Source: an uncultured Actinomycetes bacterium (GTDB lineage Bacteria > Actinomycetota > UBA4738 > HRBIN12). Taken from it: 64,000 nt of DNA. The notes beneath the pieces were generated by a model. It made no database searches, was not told the DNA's origin, and was given only the letters and a program-made list of their open reading frames with translations. The position numbers and the translations under genes were made by a program. This document shows positions 29,665 to 40,059 of this stretch, piece after piece. Where the stretch lies: positions 589,855-653,854 of the forward strand of contig CAVOIB010000002.1 of the NCBI GenBank assembly GCA_963695975.1, read 5' to 3'. Position 1 is the stretch's first letter. The number at the start of each line of letters is the position of its first letter.

Positions 29665-32103
29665 TCAGCCTTTGATGCGCTCACCCTTAGGGTCGTGGGG
29701 CGGTCCCGGGGCGACGACCGCGCCCACGCGCTCGCCGAATACGCTCACCTCGACGCGCGTTCCTGCGGCGGAGAGATCCGCTGGCAGGTAGGTGTGGGCG
29801 ATCGATCGGCCCACGGAATACCCGATCCCTCCCGACGTGATCCGTGAAACCACTTGGCCATCCACGAACACGGGCTCGTTCCCGAGCGCCACAGCGCGCG
29901 GATCGTCCAGGAGCATCGTGACCAGCCGGCGGGGCGGGGGTCCCGTCCCGCGCAGATGTTCCAACGCGGTACGACCGACGAAGTCCACGCCCTTGTCGAA
30001 GGCCACCGCGAACCCGAGGCCAGCCTCGAAGGGGGTGTCGTCCGGCGTGACGTCAGACCCCCAAGCCCGGTACCCCTTCTCGAGGCGGAGGGAATCGATC
30101 GCCCGGTAGCCGGCCGGGACCACCCCGTGTCCCGCTCCGGCCTGCAGGAGCACGTCCCACAACGTGGCTCCGTACTCGGTGGCGGGATAGAGCTCCCAAC
30201 CGAGCTCGCCCACGTACGTGACGCGCGCGGCTAGGCAGGGAACGTCGGCGACCATGATGTCGCGGGAGGTCAGGTATGGGAACCCGGCATCTGAGAGGTC
30301 GTCGTCGCAGACGCCGGTGAGCACGTCTCGGGCCCTCGGACCCCACAGACCGATGCAGGCGAGCGACGACGTGACCTCACGGATCTCGACGCCGCCCGGC
30401 TGGTCCCGCAGGCGAGTATTCAGCCATGCGAGGTCATGCGTTCCCGATCCGGTACCGGTGACGATGCGGAACCGGTCCTCGCTCAGGCGGGTCACCGTTA
30501 CGTCGGCCTGGATCCCTCCGCGACGATTCAGCATCTGCGTGTAGACGATGGACCCGACCGACCGATCCACGTTCCCCGCGCACACGCGCTGGAGGAACGC
30601 GATCGCACGTTCCCCCGTAACTTCGATCTTGGCGAAGCTCGTCTCGTCGAACAGCCCCACACGTTCTCGGGTCGCGAGATGCTCGGTCACGATCGCGGTC
30701 GACCAGTTCTCGCCCGCCCACCCACGCGGGCGCCGATCCTCGTACGCGGCGTCCTCGTTCGACCGGAACCAGTTCGCTCGCTCCCACCCCGACTTCTCGC
30801 CGAACTCGGCCCCGAGCGATCCGAGCCGCGCGTACGTGGGAGACATCTTGAGCGGGCGACCGGCGTGGCTCTCCTCGCCCGGGTACTTCACGTCGTAGTG
30901 GGTCGAGTAGATCTCGACGGCTCGCGCCAGGCAGTATCGGCGACTGCGGTAGTGGGGGCCGAACCGGCGAACGTCCATCTTGGTCAGATCCATCGAGGGT
31001 TCGCCCTCGACGATCCACTCCGCGGTATAGCGGCCGATGCCGGCCGCTCCCGTGATGCCGTGCGCGCAGAACCCCGCCGCGACGAACAGTCCGTCGACCT
31101 TCGTCTCACCCAAGATGAAGTCGTCGTCCGGAGTGAACGCCTCGGGCCCGTTGATGAACCGGTTGATCTCCGTCTCCTTGAGGGTCGGGATCAGATCGAA
31201 GGCTCCCTCGGCGATCGGCTCGAAGCGCTCCCACTTCTCCGCGAGCAGCCGGTCGTTGAAATCGGGCGGGATCGGTGTCTCGACGTGCCAGGGATCGGGG
31301 TTGCGCTCGTATCCGCCGACCAGCAGCCCGCCAACCTCTTCCCGGGCGTACACGAGATGGTCGGGATCCCGAAGCGTGGGGAAGTCGGGACGGGTCCCGT
31401 CGATCTGCCTGGTGATCAGGTACTGATGCTCCATCGGGACCACGGGGATGTTGACACCGGCCATCCGCCCGAGCTCGTTGGCCCAGATCCCCCCGGCGAT
31501 CACCACGTACTCCGCTTCCAGCGTCCCGTCGTCGGTCGCCACGCCGGTCACCCGGCCGTCCGACACGTCGATGCCGACGACGCGGACGCCGGTCCGGATG
31601 CGGGCTCCTCGGGCCCGCGCGCCGCTCGCGAACGCGTTGGTGAGTCCCGTCGGATCGAGGTAGCCGTCCGAGGGAACGAACGCGGCCCCGAGGATCCCCG
31701 ACGGATCGATCAGGGGGAACCGCTGGTGAGCATCTGCCGCCGAAACGATCTCGAGGGGCAGGCCGAACGTCTCCGCCCAGCCGGCCAGCCGGGCGAGCGC
31801 TTCGAGACGGTACTGGGACGACGCGAGGTGGAGGGTGCCCACCTGGCGCCACCCGGGGTCGACCCCCGTCTCGTCGAAGAGCTTGGGGTAGAGATCGACG
31901 CCGTACATCATCATCCGGGTGTGGCTGACCGAGTTCCGGAGTTGGGCCACGAGCCCGGCCGAATGGAACGTCGAGCCGCTGGTGAGCTGGGCCCGTTCCA
32001 CCAGCAGGACGTCGGTCCAACCCATGGCGGTCAGGTGATACGCGATGCTCGCTCCCGCCGCTCCGCCGCCGATGACGACCACGCGGGCTCGGTCGTCGGT
32101 CAT
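29665..32103 (-). CDS. Dimethylglycine/sarcosine oxidase-dehydrogenase-like protein (FAD DAO domain fused to GcvT aminomethyltransferase folate-binding domain)
   Basis: N-terminal VVVIGGGAAGASIAYHL, C-terminal GcvT-like domain, ~812 aa. ATG overlaps the upstream kinase stop (ATGA). Confidence 0.8.
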   Translation of the reverse strand: MTDDRARVVVIGGGAAGASIAYHLTAMGWTDVLLVERAQLTSGSTFHSAGLVAQLRNSVSHTRMMMYGVDLYPKLFDETGVDPGWRQVGTLHLASSQYRLEALARLAGWAETFGLPLEIVSAADAHQRFPLIDPSGILGAAFVPSDGYLDPTGLTNAFASGARARGARIRTGVRVVGIDVSDGRVTGVATDDGTLEAEYVVIAGGIWANELGRMAGVNIPVVPMEHQYLITRQIDGTRPDFPTLRDPDHLVYAREEVGGLLVGGYERNPDPWHVETPIPPDFNDRLLAEKWERFEPIAEGAFDLIPTLKETEINRFINGPEAFTPDDDFILGETKVDGLFVAAGFCAHGITGAAGIGRYTAEWIVEGEPSMDLTKMDVRRFGPHYRSRRYCLARAVEIYSTHYDVKYPGEESHAGRPLKMSPTYARLGSLGAEFGEKSGWERANWFRSNEDAAYEDRRPRGWAGENWSTAIVTEHLATRERVGLFDETSFAKIEVTGERAIAFLQRVCAGNVDRSVGSIVYTQMLNRRGGIQADVTVTRLSEDRFRIVTGTGSGTHDLAWLNTRLRDQPGGVEIREVTSSLACIGLWGPRARDVLTGVCDDDLSDAGFPYLTSRDIMVADVPCLAARVTYVGELGWELYPATEYGATLWDVLLQAGAGHGVVPAGYRAIDSLRLEKGYRAWGSDVTPDDTPFEAGLGFAVAFDKGVDFVGRTALEHLRGTGPPPRRLVTMLLDDPRAVALGNEPVFVDGQVVSRITSGGIGYSVGRSIAHTYLPADLSAAGTRVEVSVFGERVGAVVAPGPPHDPKGERIKG

Positions 32104-33026
32104 CCGCCGATCCCCTCCGCGGCCACGGCCAGCCACCGATCCACAGGACGTTCGGCCATCGCACGAGCGAGTCGGTCGAAGTGGTTGTCGGCGTACTCGA
32201 CGTAGTCGATATCCAGCGTGGAGAGTCCCTGCTGGGCCACTCCCCACATCGCCTCACGGAAGTCCGACATGATCCTCATCAGACCAAGCCTCGCGCGGTC
32301 GACCTCCGTCACCTCGCCGAAGTAGTGCTTAAGCATCCGCTCCTGCGCGTCCTCGGAGAGACCGTTGTTGATCGACAGGTTGCCCAGGTCGAAGAAGGGA
32401 TCGCCCATGCCGGCGTACTCGTAGTCCACGAGCCACAGTCGGCCTGTGTCCCGGATGAAGTTGGGCGCCAACAGGTCGTTGTGGCAGGGCCGGTCCTCCA
32501 TGGGCGAGGCCTTGAACGCCGTCTCGATGCGCTCCGCCACCGAGTGCGCTCGCGCGTACTCGGCCGGCACGGTCACACCGCGGTCCTCCGCGATGGCCCG
32601 GTACGACTCCTCGATGCGGAACGCGGAGAACGTCCAGGGGAGCTGGGGCCCTGCGTGGATCGCTCGCACGACGGCGACGGCGTCTCCGAGCGTCGGCTCG
32701 GACTCCAGTTCGCCCTCCGCCAGCGAGTTCCCCGGGACCCACTGCGTCACCAGACATCCGAGATCCGGCATGAAGGCGACGACCTCTGGGCCCACCCCGG
32801 CGTCAGCTGCCGCGGTCGCGGCCAGACGTTCCGTCGATCGGTCGATCCCTAGGAGCTGGGTCTCCTTGTCGGAGACCCGAACGAAGAACGCTCCGGCGTC
32901 GGTCTCGACCCTGAAGTTGCGGTTCGTGCGCCCCTCGGCGATCGGGGTGATGACCCGCCCGGAGCCGGCCAGTTCGGGCACAGCGTCCAGCGCGGCTCTG
33001 AGCGCGGGATCGACCTGCCCCTCCAC
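32100..33026 (-). CDS. Choline/ethanolamine-kinase / aminoglycoside-phosphotransferase-family protein
   Basis: Brenner motif HNDLLAPN and DYEYAGMGDPFFDLGN, 308 aa. Confidence 0.7.
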   Translation of the reverse strand: MEGQVDPALRAALDAVPELAGSGRVITPIAEGRTNRNFRVETDAGAFFVRVSDKETQLLGIDRSTERLAATAAADAGVGPEVVAFMPDLGCLVTQWVPGNSLAEGELESEPTLGDAVAVVRAIHAGPQLPWTFSAFRIEESYRAIAEDRGVTVPAEYARAHSVAERIETAFKASPMEDRPCHNDLLAPNFIRDTGRLWLVDYEYAGMGDPFFDLGNLSINNGLSEDAQERMLKHYFGEVTEVDRARLGLMRIMSDFREAMWGVAQQGLSTLDIDYVEYADNHFDRLARAMAERPVDRWLAVAAEGIGG

Positions 33027-33109
33027 GCGGCGGACGCTAGCCGCGAAGTTCGTTCCCGGTCAAGGATGAACGAACCTGATCGACCCCCCGCAAGAGCGGC
33101 GCGGGCTTG

Positions 33110-34453
33110 CTACGGGGGGCCTTGGATGTCCGTGATCGGGTCGAACTGGGGCGCTCCCGGCACGACGACTTCGAGCACGGTGGGGTCGGGGCCGGATCCC
33201 GGGATCTCCCGGAGCCGACGGACCGGAGAGAGCAACGGCGGCAGGACCGCGAACGTGTTCCCGATCGCGGCGATCCACAGCGTGGGTCGAAGGCCGATGG
33301 AGTTCCCGAGCGCTCCGCCGATGAGGGCCCCGAGAGGCATCGTGCCCCAGACCACGAACCGCATCGTGGCGTTCATCCGACCCAGCATGTCCTGCGGAGT
33401 GATCGCCTGCCGCAGGCTCACCTGGTTCACGTTGTAGATCACCGTGGCCAACCCATTCACGAAGCCGACCACGATGAACACGATGGTCGCATCCGACGCG
33501 GTCACGAGGGGATAGCCGAAGGTGAAAAGGGCGAACACGGCCATCGAGCCGATGATCGTCCATCCCACGCCGATCGATCGTGCCACGCGCTGCGATAAGA
33601 ACGCGCCGACGAGCAATCCGGAGTTGCCGATTGCGAATGCGAGCCCTAGCCGCCCTGGGTTCATGTCCAAGGAGCGGACCGCGAACAGCACCAGGATCGC
33701 CATGATCATCGAGAAGAACAGGTTCGAGATCGAGGTGGCGGCAGCGATCGGCCGAAGGAGCGGATGCCGAAGGACGTAGCGCAGCCCTTCGCCGATCTGG
33801 CGGCGCATCGCTCCGCGCTCGCGATCGACGCGTTCGGGTGGTTGTTCCTTCACCCGGATCCGCCAGATGAAAAGGGCCGAGCCCAGGTATGAGATCGCGT
33901 CGATCGAGATGGCGAACGGGGCCCGCACCAGCTCGACGAGGATCCCGGCGAGCCCAGGTCCCGCGAGCTGCGCCGCAGATCGGCTGATCTCGAGTTTCGC
34001 GTTCCCCTCGGTGAGTCGCGGCCGCGCCACCAAGGATGGCAGGAACGATTGGTACGCCACGTCGAAGAAGACCGTGCACATCCCGACGATGAACGCGACG
34101 ATGACGAGTTGGACCATCGAGAGCACGTCGAACGCGGCTGCGAGCGGGATCGTTGCCAGCGCCACCGCTCTGCCGAGATCTCCGGCGATGAGGATCGGGC
34201 GGCGCGAGAGACGATCGACCCAGACCCCGGCCGGGAGCCCGATCAACAAGAACGGCGCGAACTCGACGCTCGTGAGCACACCCAGCTGGAACGGGGTCGC
34301 GTCGAGCAACAGGATCGCGGTGAGCGGTAGGGCGAGGAACGTCACCTGCGTGCCCAGCTGGCTGATGCTCTCCGCGGTCCACAGCTTCATGAAGTCGCGA
34401 TGGCGCCACAGCGACGGCGCGCTGCGATCGCTGTTCGTCAGTGCTTGACCCAA
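33110..34453 (-). CDS. MFS transporter (EntS-like)
   Basis: Twelve TM segments, 447 aa. Confidence 0.8.
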   Translation of the reverse strand: MGQALTNSDRSAPSLWRHRDFMKLWTAESISQLGTQVTFLALPLTAILLLDATPFQLGVLTSVEFAPFLLIGLPAGVWVDRLSRRPILIAGDLGRAVALATIPLAAAFDVLSMVQLVIVAFIVGMCTVFFDVAYQSFLPSLVARPRLTEGNAKLEISRSAAQLAGPGLAGILVELVRAPFAISIDAISYLGSALFIWRIRVKEQPPERVDRERGAMRRQIGEGLRYVLRHPLLRPIAAATSISNLFFSMIMAILVLFAVRSLDMNPGRLGLAFAIGNSGLLVGAFLSQRVARSIGVGWTIIGSMAVFALFTFGYPLVTASDATIVFIVVGFVNGLATVIYNVNQVSLRQAITPQDMLGRMNATMRFVVWGTMPLGALIGGALGNSIGLRPTLWIAAIGNTFAVLPPLLSPVRRLREIPGSGPDPTVLEVVVPGAPQFDPITDIQGPP

Positions 34454-34591
34454 TGGCCGTGCTCCCTCAGACGAGTGCCGTCACGCCACCGCGACGGCAC
34501 GGGCAAGCCTAGCTGGTGCGGTCGGGCCCGATCATCGTCTGCCGATCCGGATGATGGGTGCCCTACGCTCGGGGGACCCCCGTCCGGTGGG

Positions 34592-34619
34592 TTGACAGCG
34601 GCTTGCCCGTCCGTAGACT
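34592..34619 (+). promoter_or_regulatory. SigA-type promoter TTGACA-N16-TAGACT of the ilv-leu operon
   Basis: Consensus -35 at 34592-97 and -10 at 34614-19. The predicted transcription start falls 1-3 nt before the leader-peptide ATG, making it leaderless. Confidence 0.55.
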
Positions 34620-34628
34620 GACTGGACC

Positions 34629-34679
34629 ATGTCGACAAGCAGGCTGTTCGAGCGCAGCGTCCTCGTACTTATCAGGTAG
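34629..34679 (+). CDS. ilv leader peptide MSTSRLFERSVLVLIR (16 aa)
   Basis: Run of five branched-chain codons, GTC CTC GTA CTT ATC, two of them rare in this genome. Followed by stop and the terminator structure below. Confidence 0.55.
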   Translation: MSTSRLFERSVLVLIR

Positions 34680-34718
34680 GCGCGGGTGGGCCCATGTGGG
34701 CCTGCGACCGCGCCGATA

Positions 34719-34745
34719 CCCCTCGCCATGCGGGGGGTTTTTCTT
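34719..34745 (+). terminator. Attenuator terminator: CCCCTCGC-cat-GCGGGGGG + UUUUUCUU
   Basis: 8-bp GC stem (one G-U pair) followed by the only long T-run in the region. An alternative hairpin GGCCCA-tg-TGGGCC lies at 34687-34704. Confidence 0.55.
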
Positions 34746-34796
34746 ACCCCGGTGCCACATGAACGGACCGGGAACGGTCCCAGGAGAGGAGAGCAC

Positions 34797-35121
34797 GATG
34801 CGGTACGAATTCGAGCGAGACGGAACGGTCGTCGCGAGCGTGCTGTGGGAAGGACCCGGCCAGGTGTCCGTCGAGGCCGCGGAGCCATCGGTGCGCGCGG
34901 TCGTCGACCGATACCTGTCGTCCGAGGTCGTCTATCTGGGCTCCGGGTTCGACTTCGGCGACGATCAACAGGACGACGTGCTGCAGATGCGCAGGCGCGA
35001 CTGGACGCCGTGGGAGTTCGAGCGCGCGTGCCGCAACCTGTCGCACCGGTTGTCCGCGACCGTTCGCCGCGTGGAAACCGGTCCCGTTGAGGCGCGCACC
35101 GAGGAGGTGGCCGCGGGATGA
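34797..35121 (+). CDS. Hypothetical 107-aa protein, first ORF of the ilvBNC operon
   Basis: Strong RBS GGAGAGGAG. Stop overlaps the ilvB ATG (ATGA). High GC3. No recognisable family. Confidence 0.55.
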
Positions 35122-36866
35122 AGGTAACCGGCGCCCAGGCGCTGTTCAGATCCCTCGAGGGCGAGGGTGTCGACATCGTGTTCGGCATCCCCGGAGGGGC
35201 GATCCTGCCCGCCTACGACCCGCTCATCGACTCGAGCGTGCGGCACGTGCTCTGCCGCCACGAGCAGGGAGCCGGACACGCCGCTGAGGGCTACGCCTGG
35301 GCCACGGGCAAGGTCGGTGTGGCCATGGCCACCTCGGGCCCGGGAGGCTGCAACCTGGTGACCGCGCTCGCCGACGCGAAGATGGACTCGGTGCCGATGG
35401 TCGCCATCACCGGCCAGGTCCCCACGCCGGTCGTCGGGAACGACGCGTTCCAAGAGGCCGACATCACCGGCATCACGATGCCGATCACCAAGCACAACAT
35501 CCTGGTCACCGACCCTGGCGACATCGCCGAGGCGATCCGCGAGGCCTTCCATATCGCGCGCACCGGTCGTCCCGGCCCGGTCCTCGTCGACCTCCCGAAG
35601 GACGTGCTCGTCAACGAGACGAACTGGAAGTGGCCCGAGAGCGTGAGCCTCCCCGGCTACAAGCCCACGACCAAGGGCAACCTGCGCCAGGTGGCCGAGG
35701 CGGCGAAGCTGATCCTCAAGGCCAAGCGCCCGGTGCTCTACGTGGGCGGCGGCGTGATCAAAGCGGAGGCCACGAAGGAGTTGATGACGCTCGCCACCCT
35801 CGGACATCTGCCGGTCGTCACGACGCTGATGGCACGCGGCGCGTTCCCAGACTCGAACGAGCTTTGCCTCGGCATGCCGGGGATGCACGGCAACTACACC
35901 GCGGTCACGGCCATGCAGAAGGCCGACCTGCTGGTAGCGCTCGGCGCGCGGTTCGATGATCGGGTCACCGGCAAGCTGGACGCGTTCGCGCCGGATGCGA
36001 CCGTGATCCACGTGGACATCGACCCGGCGGAGATCGGGAAGAACCGCGTGGCCGAGGTCCCGATCGTGGGTGACTGCAAGGACGTGATCGCGAAGCTCAC
36101 GGCAGAGCTCGCGAAGCGTCAGGACGAGGGGGGTGGCGTGCCGGACCGGAAGGCCTGGCTCGGGCAGCTCGCCGAGTGGAGGACGACGTACCCGTACCGG
36201 TACGACCAGCAGCCGGACGGTCCGCTGTTGCCGCAGTTCTGCATCGAGCGCCTCTACGAGGCGGCCGGCAGCGACACGATCGTCGTCTCCGGCGTGGGTC
36301 AGCACCAGATGTGGGCCTCGCAGTTCTGGCACTTCGAGCAGCCGCGACACTGGATCAACTCGGGCGGCTTGGGCACGATGGGCTTCGCCGTGCCCGCGGC
36401 GCTCGGCGCAGCGGCCGGTCAGCCGAAGAAGCGCGTGATCGCGATCGACGGCGACGGGTGCTTCCAGATGACGGCGCAGGAGCTCGCCACCTCGACCACC
36501 GAGAACATCCCGTTCGTCACGGCGATCATCAACAACGCCTACCTGGGGATGGTGCGGCAGTGGCAGGAGCTGTTCTACAACGAGCGCTACAGCCAGGTCT
36601 ACCTCTCTTACGACACGCCCGACTACGTGAAGCTGGCCGAGGCGTATGGCTGCGTCGGCCTGCGGGCCGAGCATCCTGACGAGGTCGACGCCGTGATCGA
36701 GAAGGCGCTGTCGGTCTCCGACCGCAGCGTGGTGATCGACTTCCGGGTTGACTCGAACGAGATGTGCTTCCCGATGGTGCCGGCAGGCGCGTCGAACGAC
36801 GACATCATCGTCGGCCCGGAGGGCCTGAAGCCGGCCAAGGACCCGGCGGAGGCACCCATCGCATGA
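35118..36866 (+). CDS. ilvB: Acetolactate synthase large subunit
   Basis: ThDP-enzyme signatures (GIPGGAILP; [16 protein letters not shown]...IDGDG), 582 aa. Confidence 0.9.
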   Translation: MKVTGAQALFRSLEGEGVDIVFGIPGGAILPAYDPLIDSSVRHVLCRHEQGAGHAAEGYAWATGKVGVAMATSGPGGCNLVTALADAKMDSVPMVAITGQVPTPVVGNDAFQEADITGITMPITKHNILVTDPGDIAEAIREAFHIARTGRPGPVLVDLPKDVLVNETNWKWPESVSLPGYKPTTKGNLRQVAEAAKLILKAKRPVLYVGGGVIKAEATKELMTLATLGHLPVVTTLMARGAFPDSNELCLGMPGMHGNYTAVTAMQKADLLVALGARFDDRVTGKLDAFAPDATVIHVDIDPAEIGKNRVAEVPIVGDCKDVIAKLTAELAKRQDEGGGVPDRKAWLGQLAEWRTTYPYRYDQQPDGPLLPQFCIERLYEAAGSDTIVVSGVGQHQMWASQFWHFEQPRHWINSGGLGTMGFAVPAALGAAAGQPKKRVIAIDGDGCFQMTAQELATSTTENIPFVTAIINNAYLGMVRQWQELFYNERYSQVYLSYDTPDYVKLAEAYGCVGLRAEHPDEVDAVIEKALSVSDRSVVIDFRVDSNEMCFPMVPAGASNDDIIVGPEGLKPAKDPAEAPIA

Positions 36867-37423
36867 GCCTCCACACGCTGTCCGTCCTCGTCGAAGACCG
36901 GCCGGGAGTCCTGACGCGGGTGGCGGGGTTGTTCGCGGCGCGTGGGTTCAACATCGACTCGCTCGCCGTGGGGGCGACTGAGAACCCGGGCATGTCGCGC
37001 ATGACGATCGTCGTGAACGTGGACAAGAAGCCCTTGGAGCAGGTCACCAAGCAGCTCAACAAGTTGATCCACGTGATCAAGATCCTGGAGCATGAGCCCT
37101 CCGAGACGGTTGAGCGCGAGCTGATGCTGGTCAAGGTCCGTGCGGAGGGCGAGACTCGGGCGCGGGTCCTGGAGTTCTGTCAGGTGTTCAGGGTTCGTGT
37201 CTCGGATGCGACGCACCAGACGCTCACGATCGAGGCGACGGGTTCTCCCGACAAGCTCTCCGCGCTGCTCGACCTCTTGGACGACTTCGGGATCGTTGAG
37301 TTAGCGCGCACGGGGCGCATCGCGCTCACGCGCGGCGACCGCGGGATCCGCGAGCGCGCGCTGAAGTCCACCCGGGCGGCGGGTGCCGAGGATCAACCGG
37401 ATTGGGACGGCGGCGGGGTGTGA
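36863..37423 (+). CDS. ilvN: Acetolactate synthase small (regulatory) subunit
   Basis: ACT domain [33 protein letters not shown]. Start overlaps the ilvB stop (ATGA). Confidence 0.85.
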   Translation: MSLHTLSVLVEDRPGVLTRVAGLFAARGFNIDSLAVGATENPGMSRMTIVVNVDKKPLEQVTKQLNKLIHVIKILEHEPSETVERELMLVKVRAEGETRARVLEFCQVFRVRVSDATHQTLTIEATGSPDKLSALLDLLDDFGIVELARTGRIALTRGDRGIRERALKSTRAAGAEDQPDWDGGGV

Positions 37424-37431
37424 AGCGGGTT

Positions 37432-37450
37432 CTAGTCTGAGATGGACTAG
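37432..37450. repeat. Palindrome CTAGTCTG-AGA-TGGACTAG (copy 2 of 3)
   Basis: In the 64-nt ilvN-ilvC intergenic spacer, 9 nt after the ilvN stop. Confidence 0.55.
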
Positions 37451-37487
37451 CACGACGGGCGAACGACCCAGGAGGGACGACGGAGCG

Positions 37488-38504
37488 ATGGCAACGATCT
37501 ACTACGAGAAGGACACCGATCCCAGCGCGTTGAAGGATCAGAAGATCGCGATCCTCGGGTTCGGCAGTCAGGGGCACGCCCACGCGCTGAACCTGCGCGA
37601 CTCGGGCCACGACGTGCGCGTCGGGCTCCGCGCGGGCTCGTCGTCCCGCCCGAAGACCGAGGAGACGGGGCTGCGTGTCCTGGATACCGCCGACGCCGTC
37701 CGCGAGGCCGACGTCATCATGGTCGTGGTCCCCGATACCTCGCAGGCGAAGGTCTACCGTGAGGACATCGAGCCGAACCTGGAGCCCGGCAACATGCTGA
37801 TGTTCGCGCACGGGTTCAACATCCGGTTCGAGACGATCGCGCCGCCCGAGGGCATCGACGTCACCATGATCGCCCCGAAGGGTCCCGGCCACTTGGTGCG
37901 GCGGACCTACGAGCAGGGGATCGGAACGCCGGCGTTGATCGCCGTCCACCAGGATGCGACGGGCAACGCAAAGGCGCGCGCGCTCGCGTACGCGCACGGG
38001 ATCGGCGCCGCCCGTGCCGGCGTCCTCGAGACCACGTTCAAAGAGGAGACCGAGACCGACCTGTTCGGTGAGCAAGCCGTGCTCTGTGGCGGAGCGTCCG
38101 CGCTCGTCCAAGCGGGGTTCGAGACGCTCGTCGCGGCCGGGTACCAGCCGGAGATCGCCTATTTCGAATGCCTGCACGAGCTGAAGTTGATCGTCGACCT
38201 GATCTACGAGGGCGGCCTTTCGTGGATGCGCTACTCGATCTCCGATACGGCTGAATACGGTGACTACACGCGTGGGCCGCGCGTGGTGAGCGACGAGACG
38301 CGCGCCGAGATGCGCCGGATCCTGGACGAGATCCAGGACGGCCGGTTCGCGAAGGAATGGATCGGCGAGGCCGAGGGCGGGTTCGACACCTTCCTCCGAC
38401 TTAGGAGCGAGGCGCGGACGTCCCAGCTCGAGGATGTGGGACGGGGACTGCGCCAGATGATGCCCTGGTTGGAGTCCGAGACGAAGGTGGTTCCCGATGA
38501 CTGA
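37488..38504 (+). CDS. ilvC: Ketol-acid reductoisomerase
   Basis: NADPH-binding [15 protein letters not shown], class I KARI, 338 aa. RBS GGAGGGA. Confidence 0.9.
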   Translation: MATIYYEKDTDPSALKDQKIAILGFGSQGHAHALNLRDSGHDVRVGLRAGSSSRPKTEETGLRVLDTADAVREADVIMVVVPDTSQAKVYREDIEPNLEPGNMLMFAHGFNIRFETIAPPEGIDVTMIAPKGPGHLVRRTYEQGIGTPALIAVHQDATGNAKARALAYAHGIGAARAGVLETTFKEETETDLFGEQAVLCGGASALVQAGFETLVAAGYQPEIAYFECLHELKLIVDLIYEGGLSWMRYSISDTAEYGDYTRGPRVVSDETRAEMRRILDEIQDGRFAKEWIGEAEGGFDTFLRLRSEARTSQLEDVGRGLRQMMPWLESETKVVPDD

Positions 38505-40059
38505 CGGCAACGTAGGCGATATAGACCCAGGCAACGACATCAGGATCTTCGACACGACCCTGCGGGACGGGGAGCAGGCTCCCGGGATCGCGCTCACGCG
38601 GGCGGAGAAGGTCGAGATCGCCGAGCAGCTCGCCCGGTTGAACGTCGACATCCTGGAGGCCGGGTTCCCGGTCTCTTCCGACGGGGAGTTCGATGCGGTC
38701 TCCGAGATCGCGTCCAGCGTGAAGGGCCCGGTGATCGCGGCGCTCGCGCGGACGACCGAGGGAGATATCCGCCGCGCGGCGGAAGCATTGAAGGGCGCCG
38801 AACGGTGGCGGATCCATACGTTCATCTCGACGAGCCAGATCCACATGCAGGACATGCTCCGCATGTCGCACCAACAGGTGCTGGACGCGATCCGGGACAA
38901 CGTCAAGCTCGCGGTCGGCTACACGGAGGACGTGGAGTTCAGCGCGCAGGACGCGACGCGGACCGAGCTCGACTTCCTGCTGGAGTGCTTCAGGGTCGCG
39001 GTCGATTGCGGCGCAACGACGATCAACGTTCCGGACACGGTGGGGTACGCAACGCCGACCGAGTTCGGGGAGTTGGTGCGGATCGTTCGCGAGGCTGCGC
39101 CCGACCACGTCGTGATATCGACGCACTGCCACAACGACCTCGGCTTGGCCGTGGCGAACTCGCTCGCGGGGATCGAGAACGGCGCGCGTCAGGTGGAGGT
39201 CGCGGTGAACGGGATCGGCGAGCGCGCGGGGAACTGCTCGCTCGAGGAGATCGCGATGATCGTACGCACGCGCGGACAGGCGCTCGGGGTGCGACACGAC
39301 CTGAACATCAAGGAGATCGTGCGCACCTCGCGCCTCGTGTCTATGACTACCGGCTACGGCGTCCAGCCGAACAAGGCGGTGGTCGGCGCCAGCGCGTTCG
39401 CGCACGAGAGCGGCATCCATCAGCACGGGGTGCTGAGCAACGCCGCCACCTACGAGATCATGGATCCGCTCGAGATCGGCTTGGAAGGCAACCGCCTGGT
39501 CCTCGGCAAACATAGCGGGAGGCACGCGTTCGTCGACGCGCTGGACAAGCTGGGGCTCGCTGTTGACCCCGAACACGTGGACCGTGCGTTCGCACGGTTC
39601 AAGGACCTGGCCGACCGCAAGATCCAGATCACCGATCAGGACCTGGAGGCCATCGTTGGCGAGGAGCGCGGCGCCACAGAGGAGGGCCTTCTCGTGCTCG
39701 AATCGCTCCAGGTGGGCGGGGGAACTCATCTCTCGCCGAGCGCGACGGTCCGGCTCCGCCGGGGCGAGGAACTGATCGAGGAGTCGGCGTTCGGCGACGG
39801 CATGATCGACGCCGCGTGCGGGGCGATCCAGCGCGCCGCCGGTGTGGACGCTCGGCTCATCATGTTCAACGTCTCGTCGGTGACCGGCGGCTCCGACGCG
39901 CTCGGCGATGTGGTCGTCCAGCTCGACGTCGACGGCCGGCGCGTGACGGGTCGCGGTGTGTCGGTCGACGTGGTGGAGGCGAGCGCGCGCGCGTACCTCG
40001 CCGCGATCAACCGAGCTCTGCAGGTCTCGTCCGGCCGTGACGACGAGGTCCGTCCGTGA
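38497..40059 (+). CDS. leuA: 2-isopropylmalate synthase
   Basis: HMGL-like TIM barrel ([10 protein letters not shown]; [13 protein letters not shown]) plus a C-terminal LeuA dimerisation/regulatory domain, 520 aa. Start overlaps the ilvC stop. Confidence 0.85.
   Translation: MTDGNVGDIDPGNDIRIFDTTLRDGEQAPGIALTRAEKVEIAEQLARLNVDILEAGFPVSSDGEFDAVSEIASSVKGPVIAALARTTEGDIRRAAEALKGAERWRIHTFISTSQIHMQDMLRMSHQQVLDAIRDNVKLAVGYTEDVEFSAQDATRTELDFLLECFRVAVDCGATTINVPDTVGYATPTEFGELVRIVREAAPDHVVISTHCHNDLGLAVANSLAGIENGARQVEVAVNGIGERAGNCSLEEIAMIVRTRGQALGVRHDLNIKEIVRTSRLVSMTTGYGVQPNKAVVGASAFAHESGIHQHGVLSNAATYEIMDPLEIGLEGNRLVLGKHSGRHAFVDALDKLGLAVDPEHVDRAFARFKDLADRKIQITDQDLEAIVGEERGATEEGLLVLESLQVGGGTHLSPSATVRLRRGEELIEESAFGDGMIDAACGAIQRAAGVDARLIMFNVSSVTGGSDALGDVVVQLDVDGRRVTGRGVSVDVVEASARAYLAAINRALQVSSGRDDEVRP

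Noticed and set aside
30436-32205. 589-aa + strand ORF (a 383-aa - strand ORF in another frame also overlaps here)
   Set aside because: It overlaps the DMGO-like gene on the other strand or frame. It is Arg/Pro-rich without motifs.
34965-36674. 569-aa - strand ORF
   Set aside because: Antisense to ilvB.
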